A stretch of DNA of 59,090 nucleotides, filler included, from Sphacelaria rigidula (GCA_964200075.2; 8 parts of 8 records of this genome joined end to end with filler, not necessarily neighbours in it), one strand, 5' to 3'. Shown: positions 12,883 to 26,000, counted from the whole stretch's first letter. The notes: generated by a model from the sequence alone, not told the origin. Translations and numbers: made by a program.

Positions 12883-14698
12883 TCAAAGCGGGGCGTGGAC
12901 GTCGTGGGTGTGGTCGATGTTGCGCTGGAGACCGCGGCGAAGTCCTTTGGACTTGAGGCGCTGGAGACACCAGGATCCGCGTGGTGCAGATGGGCTGGTG
13001 GTGTATAGTGCCGGCCGAAGCTTGAGCTGTATGGGTCCAGGGTCATCGATGAAGCGCACGATGTATGTGTCGGCCGAAACCAAGTTAGCGGAGTGGGTCT
13101 GACCCAACGACCAGAGGTTGTCGCTGCCTTTGAACCAAAGGTAGCTGCCCTTGGGCAGGAGTCGCTGGTTCGCAAAGAACTTCATCTTACAAGTCTTGAA
13201 AGGTACAAGTTCGTAACCATCGACGACAAAGCGTAGTCCCTGGTTGCGGTGAAGTTTGCGGGCTGCTGCGCCACGGCGCATGTTGTGATATTTCTTGTTG
13301 TGAGCAAGATGCTGATGTTGGGATTGCGTTCAGTAAAGGACGATTGCACGACGGTGCAATTGAAGGTCGGATTCGCGTTCCCAAGACGTTCTCCGAAGAC
13401 CGTGCCAGTGTGTCTTATACATGACAGTGATCTTGCCTCCTCGACCTCGGGTTATCTGGTGGCCGGAAATGGAGGATACAGCCAACCGAAGGGGCTGCTC
13501 CGTCACGTCGTCGGTTGTAACGTGGTAGGGCGGGAACTTGGTCGAGTAGCTGTTGAGAACATACTGTGTGAGTCCGGCCGGCAGATACTTGGGCATGTCG
13601 CTTGTATCGTGGGGGTTCGTGCAGGGTTTGTATCTGTGCACGGAGACGCGGAGCTTGGTGTCTTCGCCCTGGAAGTCATGAGGCAAGCGAGATAGAGCAG
13701 TTTATCACCAACGGGTTTTCCATCCGGTGATGATGACGAAGGCCCTACTGTCAGGATCTTGAATGGTCCTGTCCAATTGAGGGACAATTTTGTCTTCAAA
13801 ATTGTTTCGTTGGCTGCCTTGCTGGTGCCTTAGCGGATGGTCGACAAGCTGTTGTAGATCCAAACCCAATCACCAACTTTCCAGTTAGGGCGTTTGTGCA
13901 TGAGGTTGTAGAGAGCAGTGTTAGATCTCTCCAGGCGCGAGGCATTGATTGCGTGTTGTTCGCGCACGGGGGTGAACGCTTTGCGTTGTCGTGCATGTGC
14001 GAGCTCGTTGTAGGATATCTGATCCTGATCCAATCCTTGGTGACCGTCGAACGTGTGTCGCCCGAACACGGTGATAGGCAGCCGAGGGTAGCGTCCAAGA
14101 TGGAGTTCGTTCGGAGAAAGGCCTGTAGCGGCACTAACCGAGTTGTTGTAGGACAACATGATGTGCGAGAGATGTAGATCCCAGTCACTTTGGCGGTCAT
14201 TGACAACCATAGAGAGCATCTGGGCCATGGTATGATTAACTCTTTCGGTACCACCGTTACCGTTCGGGTGGTAGGCGCTCGTGGCAATTTTGCGGATGCC
14301 CAGGAGCTTGTAAAGCTCATCCGAGAGGTCTGAACAAAATTGCTGACCACTGTTTGAAAGCAGTGGCTTCGGGCAGCCGTAGTGCTCAATATAATCATGG
14401 ACCAGTATGTCGGCCGTTCCGGCGGCAGTGAAATCTGCGGCGGTTACCGCGTACATGGACGCGTGGCGGCTAAAGCGGTCAGTGAAGAGTAAGATATAGG
14501 TGTTGCCGCGACCTGTGGTCGGGAGAGGGCCGAAGTAGTCAAAGGACACAAGGTGGCCGGGCTCGTCGGGGAGTCCCATAGAGATCACGGGCCAGCGTAC
14601 TGTCTGTCGTGAAGTTTTCCGGGCTTGGCATTTAAAGCATCGCCGAATCCAGAAGCGGGTTGAAATTTCCATGCCCACCCACCAGTAGAAGCGTTCCA
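12883..14698 (-). mobile_element. pol: Ty3/gypsy pol 3' part (integrase, chromodomain, extra C-terminal domain), decayed and truncated at the contig end
   Basis: WWVGM...CFKCQARK zinc-binding motif, SFDYFGPLP, FTDRFSR, SNSGQQF (catalytic D to N), NGGTERVN, WTGPF, chromodomain-like ISGHQ...YKTHWHG...SWERESDL. In-frame stops at 13830 and 13330 and a frameshift at about 13686. Confidence 0.93.
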
Positions 14699-15041
14699 NN
14701 NNNNNNNNNNNNNNNNNNNNNNNNNNNNNNNNNNNNNNNNNNTTAATTAATTAANNNNNNNNNNNNNNNNNNNNNNNNNNNNNNNNNNNNNNNNNNNNGG
14801 GGGCCCGCAGGCTGGTATGGTAGGGGGGGGGGGGGGGGGGGGGGGCTGATCATTGGATGATGGCGATAGTAGTTGCTGTGTGTGTGCGCATCGGTATTAA
14901 AACACGCATGCATGTATTCAAAATATGTTGTTTGCTGCTGTGTTTGATGCTGCGTACACTGCGTACCAAGACAGAGTGGCGCGTTCGGCGGTACTACTGC
15001 TCACTGCACAGCGGCAGGGTGCAGGGTGACGAAGCACACCG

Positions 15042-16070
15042 CAGGATGCCACATATTTAGCCTATCCCTGCCCTGCATTTGTTTCGCGTTGTCCTATGCA
15101 GTTCGCCACATCATGAACGCAGCTGCTTGTAGCTGCGGACAACGTGTACGCGGGATATCACCTCTCGCCACGCGCTATATCGCTACTCCACATATTTTGT
15201 AAAGCTGTCCGTGTTGCAGCTACGGTGTGCGTTTGCCCCAGGTGGTGCACGCAGGAGTGAAAGCCCCCGCCGCCGGTGTAATGGCTGCCTACATAGAAAA
15301 ACTTCTGTGCTGACCTTTTTCTCCTGTGTGACCCCGGCTGGTGCGCGCACATATACCGAAAGGTGGAGACCGGCGTCCAGAATAGATGGGACGACAACAC
15401 GCTCAACACACTGTGCGCACACTTTCAACATCGTGTTTGTACTGGCTGTAGTAGCCTTTGTCCACGGTCTGGTCCATTTCCACATAAAATGCAGGGTCTG
15501 GTACATTTCCACACGCATGCAACGTTACTCAGTGAGATCGTGAAGAAGTCCGCAACATCTGGGGGAACTGCAGGTGAGGCAATCGCCGAAATATTCACCT
15601 GAAAACTCTACTCCAGTGCACTGTGAGCTGATATCGCTAAAATGACACTACTATGACCACCTTGCCGGCTGCTAGACTTTGAGGACGTAGGATCCGCTAA
15701 CATTGCTACTCTCTGTACGGGGATGTTGCCCCGTTGTCGGGTACGTCGGAAAGAGTTCGTGGTAGGACGCCGTGGTCGTGTCAAGCAGCTGCACGCTGGG
15801 CGTTCTCACTCAAGACTTCGATTTGGGAGATGATACTAGGCAGGCAGCAGCAACTGCTGTATGTCCAGGTGCCCCTCGGAGCAGGATGCATCTGGTTTCT
15901 GTTTGACAAAGGTTTCCCCCCCAAAACGAAATCATTAGGGGTTTAGAGCCGAGAAACATATCAACAAAAAAGTCGCAAAAACCAAGTCACAAAAATCGAG
16001 TCGCACAAAAACGGGTAGTCGATTTTTTTAGGCGGGGCAGAAACCAAATTCTCCAAGTGAAAATGGAATA
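15042..16070 (-). repeat. Repeat family B, internal fragment
   Basis: Reverse-complement match to 6025-7299 with an internal deletion. Confidence 0.85.
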
Positions 16071-17345
16071 GTGGACAGATATTTTCATTTATTTCATCAA
16101 AGAATCGAGACAAGTGTACGAGTTTCCCTTCCAATAGTCAGAAATAATTACCCCACTACACACGGAAGACGTTATCGTGTTTGAGAACAGTCGACGACGT
16201 CATCCAACAACGGAGGTAATGTTTCGATCGGATTTGTTTACCGCGTTCTATCGTTCAATCCGAAAACTGCGTATTATTTCTTTACAGCCCAACAACGAGA
16301 CAATCATTAATGGCGAAACAAAGTCTGCGGCACGACCAACAAGATCATGCACGCCCGCCCGTGCCTCGAAATATTTACTTAGCCATTTTCTACTGACATC
16401 GACCCAACGCGTGCACACCACCCCGGAAACAAAAGCAAGAAGGCATGCTATGTTCACACACATGTCTATCGAAATGCCCCAAAAACACGACAATTGCTGA
16501 AATTAACACACGCGCTGGCCGTAAATACATCTCCACATGGTTCACACGCCAGAAGAGTAGCTACGTGCCTGTCGCCCCAGTGTGCGTTGGCCAACAGGTC
16601 ACATCTGTTTCGTGCTATAGAATACCACACCATCGAAACATTTTCGACACAGACTCTTGGGGTTGCGGCAAAGATCAAACCACTCTTCCCCGTGAGCATC
16701 AACCAGCCAAGAGAGTCCTGCATCATTCTGAAATTTATTCAACAATTGGCGTGTCAAGACAGCAAAAATACCGGGGATTTCGCGTCAAGGCTTACTTTTA
16801 TCTCCTCACCTTAATTTCGACAGTTGCCCCTGCATATGTGCATACATGGATTTTGTGGACACGCAAAGAAAACCAGGTGACCTTTGCCATCGTCCGTTCA
16901 CGGGTCGTCCTCTACGTTAACCCTGGGTACACGAAAGAGATAAAACGTCCGCCGCAACACTTAAATCCCTCTTAGGCCGGAAGGCTATGTTCACCATGCA
17001 ACGAATGTAACGTAAAAATTGACACGATACTTACAACTTTCCCGGTCGCCACCGACCCCCGTCCCTCGCTCGCTTTCGTTCCTTCAGTGACAAAATCGCA
17101 CCTTTATCGTGGTGCTTGCTTAATCCTACCCGCCCCCTCCGCCTCGGTTGTCTCTATTTCTGCACACTGCTTGCCCTTCCTCACTCAGGCATAACCTCTC
17201 GTCCTTGAATACGTCACACAATAACAATAGATGTTCAAGCCCTTAAAATGACTGCAGCATTCGCTCGTGACTCCTCCACACAAACACTTTTAAATCTCGA
17301 CTTGAGTGACAACGCAATGGCCAGCTTTACTTCCTCGTGATAACT

Positions 17346-19270
17346 CTAGTGTCCTAGACCCGCCGCCGTCTCGGCAAGCCCTATAGCAACCACTCCCAAC
17401 GCCCCCCCAGCCAAGGCACATATCTCCAGGAAAGCATGGGTCGGGCCGCCGACACCGGCTGGGATAGCGAGAACCGGTCCCAGGATTGTTCCCGCGGCAA
17501 GGTGGAACGTGGCCCCCGCAGACAAGGCAAGGAGCACCCCCAGGAGGCCAGTTGGAAAGGCCCCTGCCCCGAGGCTTATCGCAACCCCGATGAAAACGCC
17601 GGCAGCAGTGGTATGCTGAATGTGGATAGCGTGATGCTTGCTGCGAATGGTTGGGCGGGGGGGACGGGGGGAGGGGATGAGGTTGTGAGGGGTTGGCAAC
17701 GATATGTGTGTCGCATATTCTGGCGAACGGAATAGGAGAATGTAGGGGAGAACATGGATAAAAGAATGGTACTCACGCTGAACACGACACGACGCGAAAA
17801 AAAAAGAGACACCGGGTACACCTGCTACCGTTTTTGTGTTTGCTCTTGTGTTGTCATGGGCGGGGGGAAATAGTCCACACCCGTTTCACATCGTGATGCA
17901 GAGATACGATAGGTATTCACCCACGTGCACGAATAATATTTCCATCCATGGTTGGAACCATCAGCGCGTCGTGATACGTCCGTGATACTCCCAGCATGTA
18001 CCACATGACGCACTTGGACACTTATTTGCATCGTAGATTAATGCGTGGAAGGATGCGCTAGACCGACCCTGCTGCTCACGACCCACACTTCACCACAGCT
18101 ACGAACTAGTTTTCCGATTCGCATGTGCCTATTTACTACATATATCGTAGACGGGAAAGACGCACCTCATGCCGTACTGCACCAGCGTCGCCACGTCCCC
18201 GAATTCATGCTGCACCTCGTGGATCAGCTTCAGCAGTGCGGTGATGTAACCGGCGTTGTCGCCGACGAGGGCAAACGCGGCGCCGACGCTGCGCATATCA
18301 AAAGGGGGACAAGCGTAGGTCAGAGGTGGAGGAGAATTGCGGAAAAAGTAGACCATCAAGAATACATTTAACCACAAGGTGACACGAGAGCCATCAACGA
18401 GGATACTGTCCCCGTGCCCGAAAAACTAACGTCTGCTCAGTTGTCTCATCTTGATGCAGTGGGTGAACACAAAATCCAAGAAAACAGCCACAAAAATGTA
18501 CCACACCGTGGACAAGACATTATTACATCATCAAAACAAAATGCTCCGCGGACAGTATGGAATCTCTTGTCTATTGCAAATATACGCATTAGTCGATACT
18601 GTACGCAGGGCACTTTTTTTTTACAATGAAGTCCATTGTCCAGGGTGTGATCTATACAGTAACAAACGTACCCGATTCCGTCGATGATATTGTGCAGAGT
18701 GTCCACCGCCAGCGTGGCATACGCGCCTCCCTCCGCCTCTCCGTGGTCATCGTGATCATCGTGCCCGTGACCATGCCCGTGGCCGTGTTTGTGGCTATCG
18801 TGGTGGGTGTGTGCGCTGTCGACGACCTCCGTAACCGTGTGTTTTTCCGTTGCCACAACGGCGTCTGCCAGGCGGGAACGGGAAAAACGGGGGACGTGGA
18901 GACAGACAGCAAAATAAAACACCAAGTGCCAAGGATGGGTGGTGCAAGTGACAGAACCCGAGAGCGAGCATGACTCAAGAGTACTACTACGGGCAATGCC
19001 GTTTCGGCAGTTGCTTCGGTGCAGCTGTTGCGGCGTCACTCGATAGCGAGCATGACCCAGGGTACTGCTACGGGCAAGGACTTATCGGCAGCTGCGTCGG
19101 TGCAGCTATTGCAGCGTCAGCCGAGACCCACGAGGGGCAGCGCTAATGAGAATCACTCGGCGTACTCGGAAGTTCGTGGTCGAGCGCTACATGTTGGCAC
19201 ACGAGGGGGACACCGTTCAAGGACTACGTCATATGCGTACAATTTCATATTGTACCGAGCAATTGAAATG

Positions 19271-19330
<60 letters not shown>

Positions 19331-21456
19331 CGCACTTTCACTGACCTCCCCAGGAATCCAGCCGTGGTCAGATGATAGCCGTCATCAAGACAGAACAAAA
19401 CTGATACACTGGCTGAAGAAAAAAGAAGGAACAAAAAGGGTCGAACAGAAGGTCATAGAAGACTAGGACGTATAAACAAAATGAACAAGAAGCCAAGAAG
19501 AGCAGAGCACAGAAAGAATTGGAACGAGGTGCATACAAAAAATGGATACGATCCGCCCAGGACTTCGGCTGGACGAAAGGGGACGTCACACTTTATGGGA
19601 GACGACGCGCAGTTGTGGAACCATTCGGTATCAACAATAACATGAATCTTGTTCATTTTTGTCTTTTGCCGTCAGAAATCAAGACCTCCGATAATAAAGT
19701 CGTTTCTTGCGGAACAATCGTTTTTCTCTTGAGTGCCAAACTACCTCGTTCTGAGAGCCCAAGATAGAAAGACAGTAACGGTCGCGACCATCGTCTTGCA
19801 GCTATCCATACGTGTGTAAAACACCCGCATCTCTTGAAAAGAATTTGGGAAAAGGTGAGAGGTGAGTATTTTCTATGCGCTGTTAACCCACACAAAAACA
19901 CAACAGCACACAAAAACAAAACTTCCCTCCCCTCCCCCCTCCCAGTCTCACGTTTCCCCGCCCCGATCTTCCCATCAATATAGCCGGCACAAACGAAACA
20001 CCTTCAACTCACCTTCGCTGTCAGCCGCCCCACCATCCTCCCCCGCGGGCTCCGGCGACGACGCCGCCGCCGGCTCCTCCTGTTCCACCACAGGGGTCTT
20101 GGGGTTACCGTACAGGGTCAGCTCGGGTTGACTGTTCGTTTCCTCTCCTTCAGTCTCACCAGTTGCGGGCTCCGTTTTCGTCGTCGTTTCCGGCGATGAC
20201 GTAACCGGCGTAGCCGCTGCTGCTTCGTCAACATCCGGTGACGTGTTCGCTCTCGGTGGCACGGAAGGCAGAGCTTCATCAGCGACCGCGCCCGCACTCA
20301 CGGTGTCAGCCACCGCCGATGATTCGGTGCGTACGGTCGCGACGGGGGCTTGTTGTTCCTGTGCCTCCACAACGGCAGTTGCCTCATCCGCTGGTGGTTG
20401 ATTAATTTTTTGTGTAGAGGGATCCGCTGTTGAAGCCGATGCCGTCGCCGATGTCACTTCAGTCTCGGGAGTTTCGGTGGAGGATAGATCTCCCTCCGTA
20501 TTAGTGGCGGTGCTTCCGTCCGAGCTGCTATGACGACCGCGGTGATCGTCCGCAATAGTGCCGCCGTCCGCCGAAGCGACCCCCTCCTTTAGCGAGACAG
20601 AAGCGACTACAGCGGCGGCAGCGGCGGCGGAAGCTCGTGTGTGCACGACACTCCGACCCACGTAACGGTCAACCGCGAAGGTTGCCAGGAAGCCCAGGGC
20701 AATTAAAGAGTAGGTGTTGGCGTGGTGATCGTGGCCGTGGCCGTGGCCGTGGTCGCTTCCGTGGTGGCCGTGGTCGTCGTGGGCATCATGGGGCATAAAC
20801 AAGTGGGGCAGGAGGTGCAGCGCTGCCTCGGCCATCAATCCTCCTCCAGCAAAGGCTAACAGCAGGCGTTGAGTCTGAGGCCGGATTGAGAGTAAGTACA
20901 AAAATTGGCACCGCAGATGGAATATGGAGCGTAAGCCTTAGGGAAGAGAATGCACATCAGATGTCTGTGTCGTCTACGAAAGGCCTCGGTCGAAGTGCTC
21001 CACCGTGTCGAGCGCCGTAAGTTGGGGAAGATAATCACATATTGATATGCTCTACACAGCACTTCAAGTCCGCCTCAAATGTAGCACAACAAGAGAGGAC
21101 GGCCGAGTTTGTGAGCGACTCTTGTAGCGACTGGCGCAATTTGAGCGCACAAGAGTTGGATGCTCTTACGCTGGAGAAAACATTTGGGATTTCTCCGAAG
21201 CAAAGCTTTCCCGAAATCGGTCCGAGCGACCGGGAAGGATTTAACGCCCGATGCTGGGACGGGATAAACGCCCCCGCCATGAGCACCAATCCCCCAAACC
21301 CCAACACTGCGGACTTGCTTGGCAGTAGGCGTAAATTCTTACCCTTCCGGCGGAAGAGGCCGCGCCGGCCAAGTCCGCTGCATCAACCCTCGTCGTCGGC
21401 ACGTATTCCAAAACTAAGGCCGGCCCAAAGGCGACGACGCTAGCCGCCACTAGGAC
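17346..21456 (-). CDS. ZIP/SLC39 zinc or divalent metal transporter, LIV-1 (ZIP7/ZIP13-like) type; five exons, 5' end unresolved
   Basis: Exons 21456-21343, 20874-20013, 18864-18672, 18288-18166 and 17640-17346, all GT-AG and phase-compatible (1587 nt, 528 aa plus stop). Motifs [20 protein letters not shown], His-rich tracts, TM4 LHNIIDG and TM5 HEVQHEFGD. Confidence 0.9.
18500..18651. mobile_element. Intronic foldback element related to 3463-3636
   Basis: CACACCGTGGACAA ... TTGTCCAGGGTGTG; internal arms also pair (AAAATGCTCCGCGGACAGTAT / ATACTGTACGCAGGGCACTTTT). Confidence 0.65.
19272..19500 (-). mobile_element. 3' end of a non-LTR retroelement (LINE or SINE) with a (CAAT)n tail, inside a ZIP intron
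   Basis: (GATT)n run abutting GTCGCACTTTCACTGACCTCCCCAGGAATCCAGCCGTGGTC; homologous to 28677-28755 and 29745-29940. Confidence 0.7.
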
Positions 21457-22037
21457 CTGACAGGATATCGACGAACAACGAACAGAACACCGTTTAGAAT
21501 GAGAGGGATAGATGTGGATGCGTGCATGTGGTACGCGCTGGAGAGGCGAGGGGGGGGAGGTGAGGGTGGTTCTGACAGTCATCAACGTCGACTTACTGCG
21601 TGTACTGTAGCGGGGGGAAAGAGGATAAGGCCGTGTCTTATCGAGACAAGGAAACTCTGTTTATAAATTCAGTTTGTAAAACAGACATGTGCCCGCAAGC
21701 TAGATATGCGCACAGGTTCGATATTGCAACGATTCTAGCAGTGGCCGTTGGTCGAACATCTCTGTGCTGGTACACGAACGGAGCGGCAAGGGGCTCCTAC
21801 ACCTATACAACGATCACAGGGGGGGGTACTCATTTGTTGCTTGCCTTAGTCGTACAGAGGGGGGGGGACACGCACAAACATACACACACTGCACGCCGAA
21901 CACGCGCAATGGGTACACCGTTAGCTCTTGCTCACTCACATACAGCAGTTTTTGACAGAAAACGGTGGAGTATTGGAGGAGAGTAATCCCATGAGTTGTC
22001 AATTTGAACCAAACACGTGCCGTTGCTGACCCTCTTG

Positions 22038-22097
22038 TGCGTGCGTGCGTGCGTGTGTGTGTGTGTGTGTGTGTATGTGTGTGTGTGTGTGTGTGTG
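22038..22097. repeat. (GCGT)n/(GT)n microsatellite at the contig end
   Basis: Read directly from the sequence. Confidence 0.9.
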
Positions 22098-22197
22098 NNN
22101 NNNNNNNNNNNNNNNNNNNNNNNNNNNNNNNNNNNNNNNNNTTAATTAATTAANNNNNNNNNNNNNNNNNNNNNNNNNNNNNNNNNNNNNNNNNNNN

Positions 22198-22270
22198 TCC
22201 TTTATTTTGTGGTATCGCCACTTCCAGAGACAGCCACGGCTTATACACTGCTTCATGGGTGTCTAACCGG
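22198..22270 (-). repeat. Partial copy of repeat family A
   Basis: Reverse complement of 39147-39220. Confidence 0.8.
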
Positions 22271-22791
22271 GGAGGTGCTTTTGCAACATACAGGTAGTAT
22301 AGGCAATGCACCGCAGCTGGTCAAAAAGGAGGACTTTGTTCTGTCCCAGCAGCACACGTATAGCTCCTAAAAATATAAACAGATTGCGGTTGAACCTGGC
22401 GTATCTTTGCAAGCTGGGGAAGAGTAAGCCTTGGGCTATGACACGAGGGCTAGGGATTTCGTTGCATATCGCATGCTTCCCGAGCACACCGTGTTCGACT
22501 CATCAATCGTGTGGGCTGTTCTCTACTCCTCCTCCGCACCCGACAAGCGGCATCCATTCCCAGAAACACAACATGAACGAGCATAATTTGCTTCGGTCCA
22601 AAGCTCGTAACATCGTCAAACTGAGCCATAGTTCGCAAGTATGCACACTTATTTGCGATGGAATCATTCCGTCAAAACTGGTCTTAGTCAACCCGGCCTT
22701 CGGTTGTAGAGCAGTCAACTTTTACCGCCGGGACTGTGTACGCTCCATCAGTATTGTCCTCCGTCAAAGGAACATTCGGCTCCACGAAGTT

Positions 22792-23038
22792 GACACTTTC
22801 TACGATAGCCCTCCCCCAAAACCAGCTAGCGTTTCTCGAAAACAATGGCAATAAAACGCATGATGTTCGTGTTCAGGCTGCATGAAGCGGCTCATATTGG
22901 TGACATTGGCTAGGACGAACCCAAGCGTGGGAATTCCCAGCTTCTCGTTGTGCTCGGCGTTTCCCAATTCGATTTACGTGAAGATTTTGCATCCCAAAAC
23001 CATGCACTTTTGGGGGTGGGGCTATCGTAGAAAGTGTC
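22792..23038. mobile_element. MITE with TIRs of about 30 bp and a 4-bp target duplication
   Basis: GACACTTTCTACGATAGCCC at both ends in inverted orientation; AGTT on both flanks (22788-22791, 23039-23042). Confidence 0.75.
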
Positions 23039-26000
23039 AGTTGCCTCTCACGAAAACGCGGCGCGATCGTCACATAACCAGCGTCGATTCCTGGCGCCTC
23101 TATTCTAATCTGAAAATCAGTGGGTAGGTCGTGAACATCAAATTTTCTCCGGTGCACAATGGTGCTGTTACGTGGCACGTTTAGAGAGCACTTTTTCTGG
23201 TGCCCAAATGGGGCATACATATATAAATCGTGAAATATATAATATTGTAAATCATGTCTTGGCCATGATGTACCACCACATTCGACAATTTCCAGTACAA
23301 TAACAAAGCCTTGTGGGTCGGCTCTATGTTCAATTTGATCGGTTCATGTGGAGCGAAATGATTGTGGGAAATGATCGGCAAGGACGTAAACTTCCCCGAC
23401 GAAAATGCTGTGGCAGCGAACGAAGGGGGCCGCACGTTGTGTCGTCGCAAGTGCAAGGAAAGACGCCTCTTTTGCCGTCTATGTGCCCGGCATATTTCAT
23501 ACGCCACTATCACCAAGTTGAAACTCCTCCCACTACACATACATCCCGTACGAATAATAATCTGCGAAGAGTGAGAGAAGGTTCTGTTGCCCCTTCGCTC
23601 CCATTTCCCATCTCCCATGGGAATACCACCCATCGAAATCAACATAGAGCGTGGGGTCTTTACTGTAGGTGTGGTGCTTGTAGAAAGCGGTACGAAACGT
23701 GCTGCTCGGTTTTGTTACATATAGAATAAAGTGGGGATTAAAAATATTTTACGGATTGAAAGTGATGGGTTTGGTCACTGTATTTGCAATGGGCAATACG
23801 AGGGTGTATTACGCGAAGCCATCACTGCGTCAGTCGGCTTCAGAACGCCTGCGTAGACCTTACTCGAGCTGGTATGTCTGGTGCCATTGTCGTGCTGTAC
23901 GTTTGTGCGAGGACTGCGATCCGCCTCCGAAAATACGTGAGTTGAGGCCAGTGTCTTGACGGCTAGGCCTATTCTAAACCCAAACCGTTCACCCCGAACG
24001 CGCACTGCACGAGTAAGCACTGCGGTCTAAGCCGTGGGATCCGCAAACGAACACTTGCATCGACCATTTGCATCGTTTTTTCTCGGTTACTTTCCATTCC
24101 CATCCACTGGCGCCTCATGCGGCTGTCCAAGCTTGATCGGCATACGACATGCCCATAGAATTAGGACGGTCTCTGTGAAGATTACAAATACATGGCATGC
24201 CGACCGGCAAGGTACGCTTGTTTGCGCATCGATTGCTGAAGCAACGGAAGCGCGAGGACGCGAGTATAGAAGAAAACTCACGAGACACGTCGGCGTGCGG
24301 GAGCACTTGTCCAACTCGCGATCCCAAGTTGTTGAGTTGTACCAGGGGAAAGATGAGTCGGTCCCTACGGGCTACCGACTTGTTTCGTCAGGGAAAAAGG
24401 GGGGCTGAAAGTGTGACGGAAATGACAAGAAAACATCGAGTTGGGTCGCGTCTCTCTCCGCCTCTGCAAATATGTTCGGTGCAGGATCAACCAAAAAGAC
24501 ACAATGCAACTGAGCACCGTGTTGTAACTGTGTTATGGGAGTCCCAGGCCCGGAAGGGCTGGAGCGCAAGAAATGCACGAAAACCCCCAGCGTTGAGCGG
24601 GTGACAGACGGTTCCGGGCGTGATAGGGGTCGAGCAAGAAAAATCCACATATTCACGAAGTATATGTGCGGATATTGTTGACTCCGACGTTAACCATGTG
24701 CAACAGGTATGTGATGACACGGTACAACAATAGAAAGTTTCGGAAGATATATTTTCTCATAATAGAGTCAGAGTGCAGAGTGGAAGCTTTAACACTTCAG
24801 AGTGGACGCTAAAAAGTTCATAGCGGAAGCTAATGTGACGTGGCTTAATGTGAAGTTTTTTTTCGCAGTGATGAGCCCGCAGGTTGAGCCGCTAAATGTG
24901 TGGTCGACCAGCGTGCAGTCCGAAAGCTCAATAGTATTTACTGTACCATACCCTGTGGCACCGTACGTACCGTACACTGCGCTTCATACCACCTGCAGTA
25001 CTTCAATCCACCACGGCGCACGACAGGACACTGTAGTGCTGTGCAGTGTAGAGTACAGCCAGTGCAGTGCAGAGAGAGCAATGCAAAACCCTACAACAGT
25101 ACATTGTGGTACGGCGAACTACAGCGATACCGTACAGTCAGTTGTATAATAGTACAGTACAACAGTACGCAGCACTTTCTAACAACAGACAAGGCCACAT
25201 CGTGATGATTTCCCAACATGCCACCCTGAACGGTGGTGCAAGAAGTCATGACCTCTGACGGGCTGTCAATGCAGCCAGGTGTAGTACCCACAAATCGCTC
25301 ACACCGTCTTCTTACAGCTGAAGCTGGCAAAAATGAGGAACTGCATCCAAGGCAACGGCGTGTATCCGCCGAGCAGTTGAAGTTTCGCTCAGTGCACGCG
25401 AATGATGATACCGTGGCAGCGTAATGGAGGTCATCTGATTGCGATCCAAAGCGTTCGTACTTTGTGAATGGTCCCTTGTGAGGAGCATGACAGTTGTGAT
25501 GGACGTCCCACTTTGCTTGTCAGGGTGTATAGATTTTGGACTGGCTGTGATCATGGTGGTGAAGGTGGGCGTTCTTCTTCGTTCCGGTATGAACTGTGAA
25601 GAGGCACAACGGTGTTCAGAGTGAAGTGGTGCAAACGGCACTTTCACTCTGCAAAAAATCCTGCTCCAAAATACTTCATAGCGGAACTTGTACCGGTACC
25701 GGCTATTTTTCCTTCCACTTTGACTCTAAGATGGGGGAAAACGTTCCTCGAAACTCTCTAATACCCCACATTGGTAGTGGGCCAACACTGTCGCCCCCAC
25801 ACATCTCTTCTCGTCACAAAAGCCAACCGGGAATTTCAGACACGTACAATACAGAGTAGAAACAATTCCCCAGACATATTAGATTTTGCATCTAGTCGGG
25901 AACGAACTACCCAAGCAAGATCACATATGCGAGAGTACAGGACTCTTCCGAACGTCGCATGAATCTTATATTAACGGCCTGCATGAACGTCTGCAATGCT

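Noticed and set aside
22877..22915. LHEAAHIGDI ankyrin-like peptide
   Set aside because: Isolated, followed by a stop, and located inside a MITE.
24935..25175. TACAG-rich tract as coding or regulatory DNA
   Set aside because: Degenerate simple repeat, similar to 42350-42620.
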